DNA of 32,000 bases from Zygophlyctis sp. KS116 (GCA_054661495.1 BAAFSQ010000014.1:49656-81655), one strand, 5' to 3'. Positions 1 through 11,791 are shown, counted from the first letter of the stretch. Notes: generated by a model from the letters alone, not told the origin. Numbers and translations: made by a program.

Positions 1-67
1 ACTCACTGGTTTCCTCCTCGGAAACAATCTTTCTTTTATTATGTAAAATGTTATGCAACAGTTTCAT
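1..67 (-). CDS. Possible 5' end of a gene running off the window (MKLLHNILHNKRKIVSEEET...)
   Basis: ATG at 67-65, one base after the upstream gene's TAG (71-69). The frame is open to the edge and ends in a donor-like GTGAGT (6-1). Too short to assign. Confidence 0.3.
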   Translation of the reverse strand, partial: MKLLHNILHNKRKIVSEEETSE

Positions 68-68
68 T

Positions 69-2023
69 CTATTTGCACCTTGATACGATCGACGCCTTGT
101 CTAAACTGCAAATCGCCAAAAAAAGTGACGCAAGTCTTGAACTTGATCCAGTAGGATCCTTTGAAGACGATAATTGATCCATGATGCAAACCAAATATGC
201 TTCAATACTTTTAAAATCTTTTGGGGTCGAATGTCCTGAAGGAATCCAGTCCTTAGGTATTAAACCAATGATCCTTTCAAATGTTTCTAAATCTTGAATA
301 GCTGGTGCAATGGAATAGTATGGCATGATCAATGAATTTAAAATATCAATAACTGCATATTGATAAAGTTGAGATTTTGGAAGGAATCTTTTCCACAAGA
401 GAATGCTTTCAAAGGCATTTATAAATAATAGAGTCCATTTTGTACGAGATTCAGTAATATCAGCATCAAACGTGAATAAGTTGGAAGATTTATAATTTTC
501 CAAGAGTATTTCTATAGTGATATTAATTCTCTTGACAAGATCTTGAACAATACTCTACAGCATAAGTAATTAGAAACATACCTTAAATTCATCATCTGTT
601 ATATTTAAATAATCTTGTAACTGATTAAAAACAGATAATAGATTTAAAGTCTGATCCTTGTGAAAGAAATTGTAATACTGCAAAATATTCTTGAATTTAG
701 GTAAAACGAATTTTTTAACAATATTTACAAGTAGAATTGGCTCTGATTCATCACCATAGTCTGATAAGAGTTTATGAAATTCAAAATTTTCAAAATTAGT
801 GCTAGCCTTAATCTTAATTTCTTATAAATACTTACACTTAAAGGATCCCACAAACATAATTCATGCCGTACATGTACTTCAAACATTCCAGGAACAGCTA
901 GCGTTCCATAACAATTTGAATAGTCTTGAGAATACTTTTTTTTCCAATCTTCAATTTTTTCCTTAATATATTCTATAGAAAAGTCTTTACAATCACTAAA
1001 AAAGCTCTCTAGCTTCCGTCTTGTCTGATCATCAAACCCATCAATTTCCATGTCAGAAACATTTTCTGTTTTTAAAAAAGGAAAAGAGTAAGATTTCGCC
1101 CTAGAAAGTTTTTCCAATAGTGAATCCAAAGTATTAAAGAGATGTCTTTCATGATTTCTCTCTCTTTTATCCAAAATTTGATAAAATTCAGCTTCCAATA
1201 AAGAAATTAAGGGCTCTTTTTTATCCAAAAATTCCACAAATTCTGTTAAATAAACCTGAAATTCCTGATAATAATCATAATCTTGTCCAGTTTTCTTAAT
1301 TTTAATAGATTGTTCTTGTAAAAAGTCTTTACAAGTCTTTAAAGTCTTTTTTAATTCCTGTAATTCATTACTTGACTCGTGATAATCCTTGTATTCTTTT
1401 TCTAAATCTAATTTACAATTTTTCATGAATTCTTGAAACCCGATAAACTGCCTTGATCCTGGTATAGAAAAATCTTGATTTATTTGAGACTTTTGAAATG
1501 AATTCCCTCTTAACCCCTTCTTGATAACATTTTCCTCCCAATCTATCAAATCTTCATCACTACTTTCTAATAAAATCTCATTAAACCCCTCTTCCAAGGC
1601 CTCCTTATTGATTCTTGTAGCCTCCTTGACTGCATTTTCTCCAAAAACCAATTTTTCTCCTCTATAATCTTCAAAAATTTCTTCCAAATCCTCCTGTTCC
1701 TGCTGAATTTTCAAGCCTTTATTCTCTCCATTTCTCTGTTTGAGCCTAGAGGATTTAATTTTCTTAATTTCTTCAATAGTAAAATCCTGAAAATCTTTAG
1801 CCTGAAAATCTTTAGAATCTTTAGACGACACACCAGCCTGAACCGTAGTTTTAAACATATTTTCCTTTTTTAAATCTTGTAGAGAATAACTTGCAGTTTC
1901 CTCTTGCATGAGTAAAATTGGTTTATTTGGATTTGCCTTTTTAGAAATTACAACATCATCATTTTCCAATGAGAATGAGAGAAGAGTACTCGCCACCTTC
2001 TTCTTGAGAGTCTTGTGTTTCAT
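69..2023 (-). CDS. GCFC2/PAXBP1/Ntr2-like GC-rich sequence DNA-binding factor domain protein (spliceosome disassembly), 3 exons
   Basis: Acidic coiled-coil N-half, then 'IEDWKKKYSQDYSNCYGTLAVPGMFEVHVRHELCLWDPL', typical of the GCFC domain. Introns 835-807 (29 nt) and 581-555 (27 nt) join ORFs 725..2023 and 69..503 in frame. Confidence 0.75.
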
Positions 2024-2046
2024 GAATTTTACTTTTTTTCAAACAA

Positions 2047-2117
2047 TTTGACATTGTTGACTAGTCCTAGGCCAGCATAACCAGAACCAAACACCAACTC
2101 TAGTCAACGAATGCAAA
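2047..2117 (+). repeat. Inverted repeat (9-bp perfect core, 17 bp with two bulges) in the divergent spacer, overlapping the RIB1 ATG
   Basis: TTTG-a-CATT-GTTGACTAG (2047-2064) pairs with CTAGTCAAC-g-AATG-CAAA (2100-2117). Confidence 0.75.
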
Positions 2118-2796
2118 GAGAAATGAAATGTCAAATAAAATCAAGATTACCAACAGTAAATGGCACTTTTTCAACATTCTACTATCAGGAAAGTAATCAT
2201 GCCCAGAAATCACACTTGGCACTAACCAGTGGAGACTTTAAATCAACCTCTCTGGATGGATGTACCAACACTCTACAAAAACCAGTTCTAGTTAGAATTC
2301 ATTCCAGTTGTATGACTTCAGAAATATTTGGATCGCAAAGATGTGATTGTGCTGAACAGTTGAAAACGAGTCTCAGGCTCATTGGGGAGAAGGGAGGCAT
2401 TCTAATCTATTTAAATCAAGAAGGAAGAGATATTGGACTCTTGAATAAGCTAAAGGCTTATAACTTAATTGATGAGGGATTAGATACTGTAGAAGCTAAT
2501 CTAGCTTTGGGATTACCAGAAGATAATAGAGATTATAGGATTGCTGCAGAGATTTTAACAGATTTGGGAATTAAAGATATTTTCTTACTCACAAATAATC
2601 CTAAAAAAGTATTGGCAATGGAACAATATAACATTAATGGTATTTTTTTATAAAACTTATCAAAATAGTAATAAAAAGAATTCCAATACTCTCAAAGGAA
2701 CTATTAGAAATTTCAGAACGTAATCCACAAAATGAAAAAGAGGAATATTTCTTGACAAAAGTAGAAAAAATGGGACATTTATTATCAAAATATTAG
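2111..2796 (+). CDS. RIB1: GTP cyclohydrolase II (riboflavin biosynthesis), 2 exons
   Basis: Zn-binding motif VRIHSSCMTSEIFGSQRCDC, plus QEGRDIGL, DTVEAN and LLTNNPKK. Intron 2640-2668 (29 nt) restores the C-terminal YFLTKVEKMGHLL; stop TAG at 2794-2796. Confidence 0.95.
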
Positions 2797-2807
2797 TACA
2801 TTTTTCT

Positions 2808-3596
2808 TTAAATTGGATAATTTGTCCAAAATTGAAATCTAGAGTCATCCTTTTCTGCTAATTTTCCCAAAATTATTCTCTTTTCTTCTCCTTTACTCCA
2901 TAATAAAAGAGTATATAGTGCAAATATAGAGTCTGAATAGGATTTTACAAAAGATTCATCATTAGTATCTGGATCTAATTTTGAAAAATTTAGAATTCCA
3001 CGATAATAATTCCAACTAGATTCATTGTCTGGATATAGAGAGATCTTGTCTTTAACATAATCTAATTCCTTTTTAATAGAAATTTTTCCTAGAGATAATA
3101 GAAAATATCTTTGATTCCATGCTGAATTATTATATACATCTTGCTGTAATAATAAACTTGTGTATTCCAATTCACCATCAAATAATTCAAATTTTTTTAT
3201 GATCCATTGACGATATGCCCATGCATGATAGTTTTTAGAATCATCTTTTAGAATCTCTGCAACTGTCAATAGTTCATCTGTAGGATCAAGAGTCAAATTA
3301 ATAATCTTTTGCCGATAATTCCAAATCTGGTATGTTTTTGGATTTTCAAACAATAGACTAGTGATCCATTCTAATTCAGCTTGAAGATTATAATTTAATG
3401 AAATTATAAACTCCCATCGCCGCTTCCAAACAGTGTAATGGGCGGGATTATAGTCTTGTAAAATATCTTGCATTACTTTTAAACCATTGAGCGATGCATC
3501 GGTTAAAGAATTAAATTCTGCAATCAGTCGAGAGTATTCCTTGGGATAAGTAATCTCTGCCAACTTGAATTCCTTGTCAGGCGTTTGGTTTGACAT
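2808..3596 (-). CDS. RAM2: Protein farnesyltransferase/geranylgeranyltransferase-I alpha subunit
   Basis: PPTA repeats: NPAHYTVWKRR, NPKTYQIWNYR, DSKNYHAWAYRQW, DVYNNSAWNQR, PDNESSWNYYRG. Intronless. Confidence 0.92.
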   Translation of the reverse strand: MSNQTPDKEFKLAEITYPKEYSRLIAEFNSLTDASLNGLKVMQDILQDYNPAHYTVWKRRWEFIISLNYNLQAELEWITSLLFENPKTYQIWNYRQKIINLTLDPTDELLTVAEILKDDSKNYHAWAYRQWIIKKFELFDGELEYTSLLLQQDVYNNSAWNQRYFLLSLGKISIKKELDYVKDKISLYPDNESSWNYYRGILNFSKLDPDTNDESFVKSYSDSIFALYTLLLWSKGEEKRIILGKLAEKDDSRFQFWTNYPI

Positions 3597-3633
3597 TTGG
3601 TTTGGCGCTCAGAAAAATATTAAGGACAAGGAT

Positions 3634-5037
3634 CTATATTTGAACAGATTTTTGATTCGCTATAAATGTAGATGTAATGTTTAAACTCTGCTCTACTTTT
3701 GCTAATAATTCTTGAACAGATGGTTTCTAAAATTTAAAGTTGTAGATTACCTGGATCAAATCAAACGTTTCGCGACTTAAAGATTCTAAACAATTAGAAG
3801 TTTGACATGATGCATTAGAAAATACTTTACTGGTGTATATTTCTAGTTTTGATTCCAAATCTTTGATACATTTTTTCATTTGAGTAATTTCCTAAAATTA
3901 TTATAAAAGACTTACTTGTTCTTTAATCAAGGTTAGAGCTTCATCTTGTATTGCTTGTATACTTTTATCTTGTAAATTATTTGCATTTTTGTCTAATTCC
4001 TTCTCATCTATAACACTATCTGGAGCTGGAGCTGAAAAATGTAAATGTTTGTAATCACGACTTTTAGATCTGCCACGACTATTAGATCTAGGAGAAGAAA
4101 ATGCAATTGGACCTTGGTTAAAGGATCCTGGTTCTTTTGGTGATTCAAAAGTAAATTTTGGAATTGGTGAATTTGAAATTTTATCTCCAAGATTAGAAAG
4201 AATAGATTCATGCTGATAGATTTCTTTTGGAGGGCTAGATTTGTCTTTTGCTGAATCATATTTTCCAGGAATATACGCTTTGAAGGCATAAGAAGGTGGA
4301 TGATTTAGTATTGATTCGGATTCAATTGTAGATTTCTTTTTACCTATTCCTTTTGCAAAAGAAATATCATGATATTCATGATGATATGTATCAAGTGGGT
4401 TTGGAAATGGAGTTGGGGTATTTTGTCCAACACGAATATCTTGACTAAAAAACTTTTTACGATCCCAAAGAGATGCAAGAGCTATTTCAGGAGAATAAGA
4501 GCGTTGTCGCTCTTCCATTCCAATAAATGAAGTTTTAGATTGAGATTCTGAGACAATATCAACTTTTTTTATCGTATCAGCAGAGGGATTCTCGGAAGTA
4601 CTATTGGGTTTCTTTTTGGTCTTTTTGGTCTTGCTTGTCTTTGAGAGATTATTATGTAGAGTTTTGCATGCTTGAATAACATCAAATAAAAATATTAGTT
4701 TTCTTTCTGCATATCCCATATTAAAGAATTGCTGTCGAGTAAGTTGCGGTCGATACGAAAATTCCTTGCGCAAGAGTCCATAAACAGCTTCTAAAAATCT
4801 TGAATCCTTTTTACCATATAATTCATAACCTTTGGCTGCAAAGTGTGCTGCTAACAATTTAGAGTAATCCAGGAGAGTATAATGTAGAATTCTAAGAAAC
4901 GCGGCTGGATCTCCCTTTGTGACTCTACAATTTAGAACTTAAATATACCCAAAAGCATTCAGTTGGCAAGGATATTGTATACTCTTTAACTCTGTCTCTA
5001 CTTTGAACAAGTTATTGCGGAAATCGCCCGTTGACAT
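3634..5037 (-). CDS. CEP44: Centrosomal protein CEP44 homologue, 4 exons
   Basis: The spliced N-terminus MSTGDFRNNLFKVETELKSIQYP...KGDPAAFLRILHYTLLDYS...KKDSRFLEAVYGLLRKEFSYRPQLTRQQFFNMGYAERK matches the CEP44 domain as I recall it (human MATGDL...KGDPAA...NDLRFIDAVYKLLRDQFNYKP...GFAEWK). Introns 4948-4925, 3915-3892 and 3750-3727 are all 24 nt. Confidence 0.88.
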
Positions 5038-5046
5038 TTAAAGTCT

Positions 5047-5065
5047 TGACGTCAGAATGTGGCAC
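5047..5065. promoter_or_regulatory. CRE palindrome TGACGTCA plus GTGGCAC motif upstream of CEP44
   Basis: Exact TGACGTCA at 5047-5054 and GTGGCAC at 5059-5065 within a 41-nt spacer. Confidence 0.55.
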
Positions 5066-5078
5066 CCACCCAAGATTT

Positions 5079-6223
5079 TCAAACATTAAATTCTATTAAA
5101 ACGTTTAAAAGAGGAAAACTGCTTGATAGACGTTGCTTTAGATCAGAAATCATCCATGGATGAGATAAACCACCATAATAGCTAGGAAAGCCTTGAATAG
5201 TCTTACAAAAATCCATATTCAATAACCTTAATTCCTTTAAATAACTTGTCCCAAGATTGGAAAATAAATCTGCTTCATTGATTACTCTGCTTGCTAAATT
5301 ATTTTTGTTGCCAGATATAATGCTGGCTTTTGATACATTTGGCATCAGTAGTAAAAGATTGTGAATACTTGGAAATGTTACACCATCATCGGCGTTTAAT
5401 GTTAATGTTACTTGTTCTAATTGCTTTAATTTAAGTATTTCTGAAAATTTCGATACTTGAATCAGGGGATAGATGTTTAGATTTTTCAATTTCGGACAAC
5501 CATTTACCACTGCTGTAAATCCAGAATCACTAACTAAATCACCAGTTCCTGGTTCATATCTTAAATGAAATCTACTTCTAGATTCTAATTCAGTTATATG
5601 TATGCTAAGTTGCTGAAGTTCCGGACATACATCAGAGATCAGTTTTAAAGAAGAATCAGGTATTTCAGCCCATGACAAATTCAAATATGTTAGGGAACGT
5701 GTAGTAGAGGTAAATATGTTTGAACATAAAGCAGAATTCACTCTCATTCTTAAATCCAGATTTGATATGCGATCAAGACACTCTTGCCAGGGAAGTTGGT
5801 TAGTAAGTTCAGAGTGGAATTGAAGCGTAAGCTGTTTTAGGAATTTTGCATTGATCATGATCATATCTAGTACATAATGTAAAGAGAATCTGGGGAAAAT
5901 TGAAATTCCAGAATCTTTACGCCGTAAATCACTGCATTCTTCATCAGCGCCAACAAATAACCACACATCATCAATATGCTGAATATATTGTAGATATGAT
6001 CCATTTTCTAAAACTCTTACGAGTTCTTTCCATCTATAGATTTAAAATTGTAAACGCACGCAAATTCCTTGATTCTTGGACCAAGTTTAATCTGTCGCCA
6101 AAGGACAGGAACGCCGGCTCCAAAAAGCGTCTTATTCACCATCATGACTGATAATATGTCGCATTTTGATGGGAGTTTGTTCATTATTATTTGCCATAAT
6201 TCAGTTGGAAATGGGTTTTCCAT
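5079..6223 (-). CDS. F-box / leucine-rich repeat protein, 2 exons
   Basis: F-box-like start FPTELWQIIMNKL...VNKTLFGAGVPVLWRQIKL and cysteine-containing LRRs (LTYLNLSWAEIPDSSLKLISDVCPELQQLSI; CPKLKNLNI). Intron 6059-6034 (26 nt) joins the two ORFs. Confidence 0.8.
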
Positions 6224-6328
6224 TTCACGCTATAATCTAGCGAAAGTCGCGTTAGTGACGGTGCATGCACAAGTGATCTAGTGATTGGCGATTAGTTCAT
6301 TGAAGCCGGAATAAATAAAAGAAGAATT

Positions 6329-8675
6329 TTATTTCTGCCTACTATAATTTGAACTTTGATACTGAGGGGTTCCAGAACCACCCCAAACTCCTAATGTAAA
6401 TTATAAGTAATGTACCTGGCTGAATTGGAGGTGCAGATGGTTGAGCCCGAGTAGGAGAAGAAGCTAAATTCATGGATGACAGAGATCGCTGAAGTTCTTC
6501 TAGTATGTCCTTCTTATCCACATTACGAGCATATACAAAATCTGAACAATTACCTTCCAATTTTATCAAGATCGGCTCAAATTCGCTATAAAACTTTATG
6601 CCTGCAAGTAATCCTGTTTTAAGTTCCATAAATAATGAGTAAGCAGAGTTAAGACTGGAAAAGGCAGATTCTCGTTCTGAAATAACACGGTTAGCACTAC
6701 TTATACTAGCGAATTTGGTTGAAGTCTCGTGGATCTTTTGAAGAATACTATCCTGAATATTTCTAGCCTTGTTGATTTTTTCCATGAAAGGATTATAGGA
6801 TAAAATCCCATGTTCTAAAATAGGCTCAGTTACTATATCTCCGTTAGAGGTACAACCTTCCATTAATGCGTTTTCTATCATTAAAAAAGTCAAATATTAC
6901 CAATAGAATCAGAGGCTGAGAAACTCTTTAGTTCTACCTCTATTTCCTTGAAAGTTTTTTCGACTCCTTGTAACTGATCGAGTAGCTGACGAAGAAGTTT
7001 TACATTTGGATCCTTGGCTCCCATAGTTGAATTAGAAGAAGCGGAAGGTATCGACGCTTCTAGCTCTTCTTTTGAGCTGCAGAGTGATTCAATTACATGA
7101 AGCGAATCATTTATTTTCTTGCTCAAAACATCATCTGATCCAGAAGCAGATACCATTTTCTCTTGAAATTTAGCAATCATGTTCTTCAAGTTTTGATTTA
7201 GTTTACTAGAATGCATCCTCTTCCAATTGTTTGAGAATCTTTTACGTAATTCATCATCTTCCTTTTCTTCATCAAGTATCCACCTTTGAGCACGTAAGAG
7301 TACGTCCATGTCATTTTTTGACAATGCCTTTAAAGTCAATTGCATTTCAAGTATAGAAGAAGTCCCACCTTCTTTTTTAACCTCATTAGACCTATCTAAA
7401 ATTGACTTTGGAAGACCTAAAGGTACTTCAAATGCTTCAAGCGTGCCAGGCAATGAAAGAGATTTTAAAGCCGCCTTTGCCAAACCCATACTATCATTCA
7501 TAGAATCCACCAACTCTTTACATTTCTTTTCTTTTAATCTTGAATATTCCTCTATTCCTTCTCTTATTGAACGTGGTATTAATTTATCAAAAAATGCAGG
7601 TCCATAGGATTCTAGTAAACTTGACAGAGAAGGAAATGGTACTGGTTTTATCAATTGAACATTTTGAATTTCAGCCAAAGATTCCTGAGATGGAATCGCT
7701 TCCATATCTAAGATTAATTTAAAAATTATTACAAATAACTTCATTATCCTTTTTCAATTTTGGAATTGAAGCTAATAATAATGCTTCCAAAGCCTTAAAA
7801 TCATTTAAATGGTGATTAGTCATATATTTTGCCTGTTTAGACGCCAACGCCTCTTTACATTTCTTTAAAGAAGCCTCAAATCTCGCAATTTGTTCCCCAT
7901 ATTTTGCATTTGCACCATCATCTTTCCCTTTATAATAATATGCTCTTGCCATATTTAACTCTGCTTTTGCAAAACAATGAGCCATATCTTCCTTTTCAAA
8001 ATCTGTAGACTCTTCTAAACAAATCCTATGAGCATCAGAGAAAAACTTGCATGCAGAAATCGCCAATTTTGCAATAATTCCATCTTTAGTACCACTCTTT
8101 ATCGCCTTGAATTATTTAAAATTAAAAAAAACCTTTAGTACAAAACATTCCTGTCCCATCCCCAACATTAAATTAGACAATACTTTTAATTGCCAAGTCC
8201 CTTTCGCTCCCAATCCTTCTTCCTTTGCTTTTTCCTCTAAAAAAGACAATACTCCAACACTAGATGAAAATAAATGAGCTGCCTTTTTCAATCCTTCTTC
8301 CTCTGCCTTCCCATTCCCAGTATTTTCAACTCCAATATTAGCGTATAGAATAGCCAAATTAAACAATATAGCTGATTTTTCAAAAGACACTGATGAACCA
8401 ATAGTCAATTTCTTATCTTTTCCAAACGCATTATACCATGGCCAGCTCATTAGACTTAAATCCAACTTGACATCTGCACTTGTGAGTTGAGTATAATACT
8501 TTAACAAGGAATTTGCCAAATACTCATGATTTTCTAGAATAATAACACTACTTCTCAATTTATCTAAAGCCTGAATATCATCATGCCATTTATCATAGCG
8601 TTTATGCTTTCTATCCAACTGAATCTCAACAACATCAGCAAAAGTCGTAGACTCGCCCACTTTGAATGGAAACAT
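6329..8675 (-). CDS. BRO1-domain + V-domain protein (ALIX/PalA/Rim20/Bro1 family, ESCRT accessory), 5 exons
   Basis: Bro1 motifs FEKSAILFNLA, LMLGMGQECF, and after splicing KAIKSGTKDGIIAKLA and KKDNEVIYMEAIP. V domain LSLPGTLEAFEVPLGLP and GIKFYSEF; PSAP motif near the C-terminus. Introns 8132-8106 (27), 7732-7708 (25), 6900-6875 (26), 6415-6391 (25). Start taken as the first ATG. Confidence 0.88.
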
Positions 8676-8709
8676 TTTTTTAATACAAGAATGATTTTCA
8701 AATAAAGAT

Positions 8710-9070
8710 CTAGATCGTCTCCCAGTCAATAGGCCTCGGTTCGTATTGTACTATTGGCTAATAATTACAGTATAAAAATTACAAGCATCGGTTGCAATTC
8801 TAAACTTTCCTGATACGCTATAGCATCATCTAAATATATTTCATAGAGCGGACTAGTTACGCCGACAAGATCAGCCACTATATCAGCAAGAGATTCAATC
8901 CCAGACCATACTGTAGAAGCAGTTTTGATCATTATGGATGGAAGATTGTTAAAGTCTTGGGATTCGGACATGGAATTTAAATGATCGGAAGAATAATCAT
9001 GTCGACATTGGGCATTGTTGATTGTTGATTGGGCATTGGTGATCAGATTTGGGACTGTTAATAAAGGCAC
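8710..9070 (-). CDS. Small protein, possibly FAM177-like; start uncertain (first in-frame ATG at 8971)
   Basis: 'TASTVWSGIESLADIVADLVGVTSPLYEIYLDDA' resembles the FAM177 core (..CDFLGEKIASVLGISTPKYQYAIDEY, from memory). Candidate intron 8782-8758 (25 nt) leads to a stop at 8712-8710. Confidence 0.5.
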
Positions 9071-9180
9071 TTTAATTTTACCGACACTACATATTGATCA
9101 TGGATAGCATCAGTGCTTGCTCCTAACCTTTACGATAGAGTGGCACAGGTTGAAAAAAAAGAAGAAATCTATCAGTTTCA

Positions 9181-11791
9181 ATGGTAACTATTGTTGGATG
9201 CTTATACTAGGTTAATTTCAGTATAGATGAAATCAGAGTCCTTATGGACAAAAAGACCAATGTGCGAAATATGTCTGTTATCGCTCACGTTGATCATGGA
9301 AAAAGTACATTGACAGTATGGTTTTTAAAGTATTTAAAAGATTAGGATTCTCTAGTGTCAAAGGCAGGTATTATTGCTACTGCCCGTGCTGGAGATGCTC
9401 GTTTTATGGATACTCGTCCAGATGAACAAGAACGGGGTATTACTATTAAATCAACCGCTATATCAATGTTTTTTGAAATGCCTGAAGATGATTTGAGTAG
9501 TATTAAGCAAAATACTGATGGTAAATTTAGAATTATTAATATAAAAAGGAACTGGATTTTTGATCAATTTGATTGATTCTCCTGGGCACGTTGATTTCTC
9601 TTCTGAAGTTACTGCTGCTTTAAGAGTTACTGATGGTGCTTTGGTTGTTGTTGATACTATTGAAGGTGTTTGTGTTCAGACTGAAACTGTGTTGCGTCAA
9701 GCTTTAGGTGAAAGAATTAAACCTGTTCTAGTTATTAATAAGGTGGATCGTGCCTTGTTGGAACTACAACTTACAAAAGAAGATTTATTCAATGCTTTCT
9801 CTCGTACAATTGAATCTGTTAATGTAGTTATTGCTACTTACTTTGATAAAGTTCTTGGAGATTGTCAAGTTTATCCTGAAAAGGGAACTGTGGCTTTTGG
9901 TTCTGGTCTTCATGGTTGGGCATTCACTCTGCTACAGTTTGCTAATAGATATGCCAAGAAATTTGGTGTTGATAAGGAAAAGATGATGGCTAGACTTTGG
10001 GGAGAAAATTACTTTAATCCTGCAACTAGAAAATGGACTACTCAATCAACTACTGATGATGGTGCTCAGCTTGAAAGAGCTTTCAATATGTTTGTGTTGG
10101 ATCCAATCTTTAAACTTTTTGATGCTATTATGAACTTTAAAAAGGATGTGACTACAAAAATGCTTGAAAAGTTGGAAATTGCTCTCAAGTCTGATGAAAA
10201 AGATTTGGAAGGAAAAGCTCTCCTTAAAGTTGTCATGAAAAAGTTTTTGCCTGCTGGTGATGCATTATTGGAAATGATAGTCATCCACTTACCATCTCCT
10301 GTCACTGCTCAAAAATACCGTGTTGAAACACTTTATGAAGGTCCTCAAGATGATGAATGTGCAACTGCCATTCGTGACTGTGATTCAAATGGACCTCTTA
10401 TGTTGTACGTATCAAAGATGGTGCCTACTTCTGATAAGGGACGTTTCTATGCCTTTGGTCGTGTATTCTCTGGAACTGTTAAAGCAGGTCTCAAAGTACG
10501 TATCCAAGGTCCCAATTATCTTCCAGGAAAGAAGGATGATTTGTTTGTCAAATCTATCCAACGTGTTGTTCTCATGATGGGTAGAGGTGTTGAATCTTTG
10601 GAAGATTGTCCAGCTGGTAATATTGTTGGTTTAGTCGGAATTGATCAATTTTTGCTCAAATCTGGAACTATTACCACCAGCGAAAGTGCCCATAATCTCA
10701 AAGTTATGAAATTCTCTGTATCTCCAGTTGTCCAAGTTGCTGTTGAATGCAAGAATCCAAATGATTTGCCCAAATTAGTAGAAGGTCTTAAACGTTTATC
10801 AAAGTCTGATCCTTGTGTTGTTTGTAAGACTTCAGAATCTGGTGAACACATTGTTGCAGGAGCCGGTGAATTGCACTTGGAAATCTGTCTCAAAGATTTA
10901 GAAGAAGATCATGCCGGTGTACCCATCAAGACTGGTAACCCTGTAGTCCAATTCCGTGAAACTGTTCAAAATGAATCCAACATGACTTGTCTCTCTAAAT
11001 CTCCAAATAAACACAATCGTATTTTCATGAAGGCTGCCCCAATTACTGAAGAATGTGCTGCTGATATTGAACAAGGAAAGATCAATGCCAAAGATGACTT
11101 TAAGGCCCGTGCTAGAATTTTGGCTGAAGAACATGGATGGGATGTAACTGATGCACGTAAAATTTGGTGCTTTGGACCTGAAACTTCTGGACCCAATCTT
11201 TTGGTTGATACTACAAAGGGAGTTCAATATTTGAATGAAATCAAGGACTCTTGTGTTGCTGCATTCCAATGGGCTACAAAGGAAGGTGTTTTGGCTGATG
11301 AAAATATGAGATCAATCCGATTCAATATTCTTGATGTTGTTTTACATGCTGATGCTATTCATCGTGGTGGTGGTCAAATCATTCCTACATGTCGCCGTGT
11401 TTGTTATGCTTCTGTCTTAACTGCAAATCCAGGTATTCAAGAACCAGTCTATTTGGTTGAAATTCAATGTCCTGAAACTGCTATGGGAGGTATCTATGGA
11501 GTTTTGAATCGTCGCAGAGGACATGTCTTTGCAGAAGAACAACGCCCTGGCACACCTCTTTATAACATCAAGGCCTATCTCCCTGTCATGGAATCTTTTG
11601 GATTTACAGCTGATTTGAGAGCCGGAACATCTGGACAAGCTTTCCCTCAGTGTGTGTTTGATCATTGGCAATTAATGCCTGGTTCTCCTCTTGAACCTGG
11701 TAAAATCCAAGACATTATTAAAGGAGTTCGAAAGCGAAAAGGTCTCGTTGAAGAAATTCCACCCTTTGATCGTTTCTATGATAAATTGTAA
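9181..11791 (+). CDS. EFT2: Translation elongation factor eEF2, 4 exons
   Basis: Spliced start [10 protein letters not shown]...[43 protein letters not shown], diphthamide loop [11 protein letters not shown]. Introns 9184-9210 (27, directly after ATG), 9316-9345 (30), 9521-9548 (28). Confidence 0.99.

Noticed and set aside
2024-2110. FMN riboswitch upstream of RIB1
   Set aside because: The spacer is too short and lacks the conserved FMN aptamer sequences; only the hairpin itself is reported.
3786-3830. Possible 45-nt in-frame intron in CEP44 (GTAAAG...CTAATTGTTTAG)
   Set aside because: The frame is open without it, no homology fixes it and it has no convincing stem. It was left uncounted, but if real it would be a long intron lacking a clear hairpin and should be tested.
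9012-9038. Short direct repeat TTGGGCATTG in the FAM177-like ORF
   Set aside because: Two copies encoding NAQ; an ordinary local duplication, not an array.
10066-11671. Several antisense and alternate-frame ORFs over eEF2
   Set aside because: Shadow ORFs caused by strong codon bias in a highly expressed gene; no motifs.
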